Part shown: in pieces, positions 7,084 to 10,890 of the stretch
Position numbering within the stretch: position 1 is the stretch's first letter
Layout: every line of letters begins with the position of its first letter
Assembly (NCBI GenBank): GCA_034667685.1
Contig: JAXDQU010000026.1
Span: forward strand, 1 to 10,890
Length of the DNA: 10,890 bases
Source of the DNA: Thermoplasmata archaeon
Lineage (GTDB): Archaea > Thermoplasmatota > SW-10-69-26 > JACQPN01 > JAJPHT01
Reading direction: 5' to 3'
Notes under the pieces: generated by a model
What the model was told of the DNA's origin: nothing
The model's input: the letters and a program-made list of their open reading frames with translations, nothing else
The model's database searches: none
Made by a program: the position numbers and the translations under genes

Positions 7084-7614
7084 CTACCTCCGGCGGACGA
7101 CGAGGGCGACGGCGACGAGCGCGAGGATGGCGCCCAGCGCGGCCTCGCCGCCGGACTTCTTCGCGGCGCCGCTGGAGGCGACGATCATCTCGCCGTACAT
7201 CTTGTTGTTCGCGTGGCCGGGCTTCGTGCAGAAGTAGTAGAACGTGCCGGCCTTCGACACGCTGGAGATGGTGACGTTCTTCTCGGCGTGGGCGGCGATG
7301 TCGTTGGTGAAGGTCCAGACGTCCTTGCACGTGGGCGAGAGGCTCGTCGTGGGATCGACGCCGTCGCCGCAGAACATCAGGTTGTGCGTGGAGTTGCCCC
7401 TGTTCTCGACGTGGAGCTTGAGCGTCTCGCCCTCCGCGACGTTGATCCGCTCGGGGAGGACGTGATAGCTTCCCGAGGGAAGCTCGTGGATCTGCACGTC
7501 GCACGACTCCACGGTGGCCGACTCCTGGACGCAGGCGCCCGGGTCGGGCGTGGGCTGCGCGAGGGCAAGGGGGGCCAGGAGCGTCGCGGCAAGGAGCAGG
7601 AGGATCGGTCGCAT
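7084..7614 (-). CDS. Surface-anchored cupredoxin (type-1 blue copper protein, 176 aa)
   Basis: Starts MRPILLLLAATLLAPLALA. Ligand set THN...GTFYYFCTKPGHANNKMYGEMIV (H; C-x4-H-x4-M). C-terminal KKSGG + TM + RRR. Confidence 0.92.
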   Translation of the reverse strand: MRPILLLLAATLLAPLALAQPTPDPGACVQESATVESCDVQIHELPSGSYHVLPERINVAEGETLKLHVENRGNSTHNLMFCGDGVDPTTSLSPTCKDVWTFTNDIAAHAEKNVTISSVSKAGTFYYFCTKPGHANNKMYGEMIVASSGAAKKSGGEAALGAILALVAVALVVRRR

Positions 7615-7619
7615 GGGGA

Positions 7620-9239
7620 TCACGAGGGGGCTTTCACGTCGACGTCGAAGGTGAGCTTGGCGAACTCGTCGGGCCTCTGCAGGAGCACCCAGACGCGCCA
7701 CGTGCCCACCGACGAGAAATAGGTATCCTCGCCGCTCCAGGTCTGCTCGTTGACCTTCTGGAGCGTGATTACGTCGCTGGGCTCCTTGGCGCCGGCCTTG
7801 GCGACCTTGATGGCGACGTCCGTGCCGCTGGGGATGTCCGCGGCGCTGAGCGGGTGCAGCGTGACGGCGAGCTTCTGGAGGCCGACCACGGGCGGGTTGG
7901 GGCTGATCTGGAGGACGACGTGCGTCGTCTTGCTCACGTTCGAAAGCTCCAGGTACGGCTGGGGCCCGATGGAGAGGTTCGCGGCGCCCTCCGGGGGCGC
8001 GGTGGAGGCGAGGACGCCCGCGGCGGCCAGCACGCAGACCATGGTGAGCGCCTCGACCTGGACGACGCGGCGGAAGAAGGCGGGCGAGGTCGCGCCGCGC
8101 CTCATGCGCGGGCCGAGGACCTCCTTGTTGTAGGCGCCGATGAGCACGAGCACGCCCAGGAGCAGCACCTTGAGCGAGACGAGCCGGCCGTAGGGATCGT
8201 TCCACAGGTCGCTCCACGCGGGGACGTGGCGCCAGCTCGCCCAGATGCCGGTGGCGAGAAGGACGCCGACGCTCGCGAGCGCCCAGGGCGTGAAGCGGAG
8301 CACGACGGCGGCGACCTGCTGCGCGGTGCGCCCCCAGACGGTGTGGAGGAAGCCGACCAGGCCGCCCACCCACACGGCGCCCATCGCGAGGTGCAGCATG
8401 TCGGCCGCGAGCGAGACGCCGCGAAGCTGCTGGTCCGCCGAGGCGTGGCTTCCCAGCGAGGCCGCGACGAGCGAGCCCGCCGCGAAGAGGATGCCCGCGC
8501 CCCCGAGCACGCGCCGCGCGCCGGGGGCGAGCGCGGCCACGAGCGCGCACAGGGCGCTCGCGCCCAGGAGGATGCCGCGCCAGAGGAACGAGAGCCCCGC
8601 GTCGGTCTGCGAGGCGTCCAGGAAGGAGAGCGCGGTGCGCTGCGCGAGGAAGAGGACGTTGAGCAGCGCGGCCGCGGCGCCCAGGAGGCCGAAGAGCGCG
8701 ACGGTGACGAACGCGCCGCGCGGCATCCCCGCGTCGCGGTCCACCACGAGCAGGAAGAAGGGGATCCCGAGCGCGAAGAACATGCCCGCGTAGTAGACGG
8801 CGCGCGCGAAGCCGTCCTTGACGACGTCGCCCGCCGCGTGGTCGTGCGCGGCGTTCGGGTCGATGGGCACCTGCACGGTCGCGTTGCCCACCGCGAAGAT
8901 GAACGCGCCCTCGGCCGTGTGCGAGTCGACGGAGAGCGACTTCCAGCTCACCGAGTAGAGGCCGTCCCGGAGCGGCGAGACGGGGACGTGGATCTGCGAG
9001 GCCTTCTGCGCGTCGAAGGCCACCGGGCCGGCCTTCACGCTGTTGCCTTGCAGGTCGAAGACGTCCGCGTCGGTGTAGCGGCGCTCGACCTGCTCGCTGA
9101 AGTTGATCGTGACCTCCGTGACGCCATAGCTCGCGTGCCCGTTGGCGGGCGGATCGGACGAGGCGTAGTTGGCATGCGCGGCGGCCAGCGGCGCCGCCAG
9201 GAGCAGCGCCGCCAGCGCGAGCAGGAAGGTCCGTCGCAA
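7620..9239 (-). CDS. copCD: CopC-CopD fusion copper transport protein (YcnJ/CutJ-like) with a C-terminal YtkA-like domain
   Basis: CopC: signal peptide then HANYASSDP, and YSVSWKSLSVDSHTAEGAFIFAV. CopD: TM region with GSHASA, LHLAMGAVWVGGL, LLATG and YGRLVSLK. Soluble C-terminal beta domain. TTG start. Confidence 0.93.
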   Translation of the reverse strand: MRRTFLLALAALLLAAPLAAAHANYASSDPPANGHASYGVTEVTINFSEQVERRYTDADVFDLQGNSVKAGPVAFDAQKASQIHVPVSPLRDGLYSVSWKSLSVDSHTAEGAFIFAVGNATVQVPIDPNAAHDHAAGDVVKDGFARAVYYAGMFFALGIPFFLLVVDRDAGMPRGAFVTVALFGLLGAAAALLNVLFLAQRTALSFLDASQTDAGLSFLWRGILLGASALCALVAALAPGARRVLGGAGILFAAGSLVAASLGSHASADQQLRGVSLAADMLHLAMGAVWVGGLVGFLHTVWGRTAQQVAAVVLRFTPWALASVGVLLATGIWASWRHVPAWSDLWNDPYGRLVSLKVLLLGVLVLIGAYNKEVLGPRMRRGATSPAFFRRVVQVEALTMVCVLAAAGVLASTAPPEGAANLSIGPQPYLELSNVSKTTHVVLQISPNPPVVGLQKLAVTLHPLSAADIPSGTDVAIKVAKAGAKEPSDVITLQKVNEQTWSGEDTYFSSVGTWRVWVLLQRPDEFAKLTFDVDVKAPS

Positions 9240-9268
9240 GGCAATCGCCGCCCACGGACCCTACGCTC

Positions 9269-9895
9269 TTAGCGCTTGCGCGCCAGCGCCACGGCCACCG
9301 CGCCGAGGCCCAGGACCACGAGGCCAAGCTCGACGGCGGGCGCGCCCTTGGTCGCGGAGGCGGGCGTGCTGGAGACGACCGTCGCGGGCGTGCTGCTGGT
9401 GGTCTTGGCCTTGGCCTCCAGCGCGGCGACGCGCGTCTGGAGGTCCTGCACCTGCGTGGCGAGGTCGCCGGAGGACGGGAAGGCGGCGTCGCTGCCGTTC
9501 TCCGCGGGCTCGATGGCGAAGTCCTGGCTGATCGGCGTGCTCGCGTCGAGCTTGCCGCCGACGTGGACCGTGTAGAGGCCCTCCTGCGTGGGCATGAGGG
9601 GCGCGCTGTAGTTGCCCGGGTCCTCGTCGGACTCCGCGAGCGCGAGCGTCTTCGTCTGGCCGCCGTGGGTCACGGTGACGTTGAGCGTGTCCGCGAGGCC
9701 GCTGACGCCCTCGCCCGTGTCGGTCTTCCAGACCTGGACGGTGACGTGGTTGCGCGCGCCGGAAGCCGCGGGCTCGTCGCCCCAGCCGACCTTGACGCTG
9801 TACGCGCCCTGGGTCTGGGTGACGTGCGCCGAGGCGGGCAGGGCGCTGAGCAGAAGGAAGCCGATCGCGATCAGGGGGAGCAGGATCTTGCGCAT
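9269..9895 (-). CDS. Surface-anchored secreted protein with N-terminal His, first gene of the copper operon (208 aa)
   Basis: MRKILLPL...LPASA|HVTQTQGAYSVKVGWGDEP, then a beta-rich domain, a short coiled coil (LATQVQDLQTRVAALEAK), a Ser/Thr linker and KGAPA + TM + RKR. SD GAGGTG at 9906-9901. Confidence 0.85.
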   Translation of the reverse strand: MRKILLPLIAIGFLLLSALPASAHVTQTQGAYSVKVGWGDEPAASGARNHVTVQVWKTDTGEGVSGLADTLNVTVTHGGQTKTLALAESDEDPGNYSAPLMPTQEGLYTVHVGGKLDASTPISQDFAIEPAENGSDAAFPSSGDLATQVQDLQTRVAALEAKAKTTSSTPATVVSSTPASATKGAPAVELGLVVLGLGAVAVALARKR

Positions 9896-9979
9896 GGAGA
9901 CACCTCGGGCCACAAGCCGATTTTTACAGGCCTCGAACGGCACGAGTTGCTTAAGCGTTCCGGATGCGATCGCGTGCCG
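9896..9979. promoter_or_regulatory. Divergent promoter region between the copper operon and the sensor/regulator pair
   Basis: 84-bp gap with two AT patches: TGTAAAAA (minus strand, 9928-9921) and palindromic GCTTAAGC (9949-9956, about 26 bp before ATG 9980). Inverted repeat CGGCACG (9938-9944) / CGTGCCG (9973-9979). Confidence 0.6.
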
Positions 9980-10291
9980 ATGTTCGTCCTGCTCGACGCG
10001 ACCAGCCCGGAGGCGACGCCGTACGCGTCGTTCATCTCCGCCGTCGCGGCCCTGCTCGCCACCGTCTTCGCCGTGGTCGCGTTCCGCGCCCTCGCCCGCA
10101 CCGGCAACCCCGCGCTGCGCTGGGTCGGGATCGCGTTCGTCCTGATGGCGCTCAAGGAGGTCTTCGCCGCCTACAACGTCGTGACCCACTTCGTGCCGCA
10201 CGACGCGATCGAGCTCGTGCTGGCGAGCTGCGACCTCGTCATCATGGGTCTGCTGTTCACGCCGCTCTTCCGCCGGCGCAGCAGGAGCTAG
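9980..10291 (+). CDS. Small three-TM membrane protein (103 aa), putative partner/sensor of the downstream regulator
   Basis: 3' part of track ORF 9563..10291 from MFVLLD. Three hydrophobic helices, AFRALARTGNPALRWVGIAF pattern, a THFVPHD loop and a basic tail. 4 bp before the wHTH gene. Confidence 0.8.
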   Translation: MFVLLDATSPEATPYASFISAVAALLATVFAVVAFRALARTGNPALRWVGIAFVLMALKEVFAAYNVVTHFVPHDAIELVLASCDLVIMGLLFTPLFRRRSRS

Positions 10292-10295
10292 CCGC

Positions 10296-10817
10296 GTGGC
10301 CGAGCCGCTCAAGGCCGGCATCCGCAAGCAGGTCTACGAGGCCGTCCGCCGCTACCCGGGCATCCACCTGCGCGCCCTGGAGCGCAACCTGGGCGTCTCC
10401 GCGCCCCTCGCGCAGTACCACCTGAAGCACCTCGCCAAGGCCGGCTGGGTGGAAGGGCGCGACCAGGGCGGCTACACGCGCTACTGGCCCACCGCGAAGG
10501 AGGCGCGCGTGCGCGACGCCGACCAGGCGATCCTGGGCATGCTCCGCGAGGAGGTGCCGCTCCACGTCGCGCTGCTCCTCCTGGACTTCGGCCCGATGAC
10601 GCACGGCGCGCTCGTGGAGCGCCTCGGCATGGCGAAGAGCAGCGTGAGCTATCACCTCGCCAAGCTCGCGCAGGCCAACATCGTCGAGCGCGAGCCCAAG
10701 ACCGCGCGGATCCGCCTCACCGATCCCGAGCGCATCACCGCGCTGCTGCTCGCGTACAACCCCACGCCCGACATGCTCGACTCGTTCGCCGATCTGTGGG
10801 GCGACCTGTACAAGTGA
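10296..10817 (+). CDS. Soluble double winged-HTH transcriptional regulator (COG3398/ArsR-like)
   Basis: RKQVYEAVRRYPGIHLRALERNLGVSAPLAQYHLKHLAKAGWV and GPMTHGALVERLGMAKSSVSYHLAKLAQANIV, with a C-terminal DSFADLW. GTG start. Confidence 0.9.
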   Translation: MAEPLKAGIRKQVYEAVRRYPGIHLRALERNLGVSAPLAQYHLKHLAKAGWVEGRDQGGYTRYWPTAKEARVRDADQAILGMLREEVPLHVALLLLDFGPMTHGALVERLGMAKSSVSYHLAKLAQANIVEREPKTARIRLTDPERITALLLAYNPTPDMLDSFADLWGDLYK

Positions 10818-10819
10818 TG

Positions 10820-10890
10820 ACGAAGGGAAGCGAGGGAAGACGGGAAGAAGGGAATCGCGGGGGAAGAAGGGGGCCGGTATGGGACCCTTC
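10820..10890. repeat. Purine-rich arm of a hairpin element of the same 17-bp family as 1-83, truncated by the window end
   Basis: GGGAAGCGAGGGAAGACGGGAAG (10825-10847) is the exact reverse complement of 14-36. ACGAAGGGAAG (10820-10830) mirrors 73-83. The final CCCTTC begins the return arm. Confidence 0.85.

Noticed and set aside
5111-7504. 797-aa ORF as a single protein
   Set aside because: The N-terminal ~430 aa is Arg-rich off-frame read-through over two real genes. The real CDS starts at ATG 6211 with its own SD.
7084-9327. 747-aa ORF (apparent giant cupredoxin)
   Set aside because: The upstream part is a shadow frame of copCD. The real protein starts at ATG 7614 with a signal peptide.
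9269-10327. Overlapping 352-aa (-) and 242-aa (+) ORFs across the divergent promoter
   Set aside because: Both extensions run antisense to the opposite gene. Starts at 9895 (SD, signal peptide) and 9980 (TATA spacing) fit better.
142-10655. Remaining long antisense or alternate-frame ORFs (e.g. 668..1972, 3629..4732, 4967..6364, 6316..7722, 7854..9272)
   Set aside because: Typical high-GC shadow ORFs, rich in Arg/Ala/Gly, with no motifs, and overlapping well-supported genes.
1-10890. Whole window as a transposon with terminal inverted repeats
   Set aside because: No transposase, and the cargo includes housekeeping tRNAs. The end sequences are better explained as arms of separate dispersed hairpin elements.

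Overview
High-GC archaeal DNA. The evidence is a G1-C72 tRNA-Pro, tRNAs without encoded CCA, COG3398-type double winged-helix regulators, archaeosortase-like C-terminal tails and many N-x-S/T sequons; an uncultured Thermoplasmatota-type lineage is my inference. The left part holds a lipoprotein, a membrane-tethered wHTH regulator, a TPR-like protein, tRNA-Pro(TGG), tRNA-Asp(GTC), a stand-alone HNH endonuclease, a YdjM-like membrane hydrolase and a DUF2061 protein. The right part is a tightly packed minus-strand operon (9895->5111): a His1 surface protein, a CopC-CopD-YtkA fusion, a type-1 cupredoxin, a His-rich YtkA/FixH-like surface protein and an RMD1/DUF155-like protein. A small membrane protein plus a soluble double-wHTH regulator is transcribed divergently from it. 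Together these look like a cell-surface-anchored archaeal copper-acquisition system with its own sensor/regulator pair. The intergenic spaces carry a family of REP/MITE-like hairpins built from 8-9-nt tandem units, and both window ends lie within the same 17-bp repeat family. All family assignments come from motif recognition, not from database searches.
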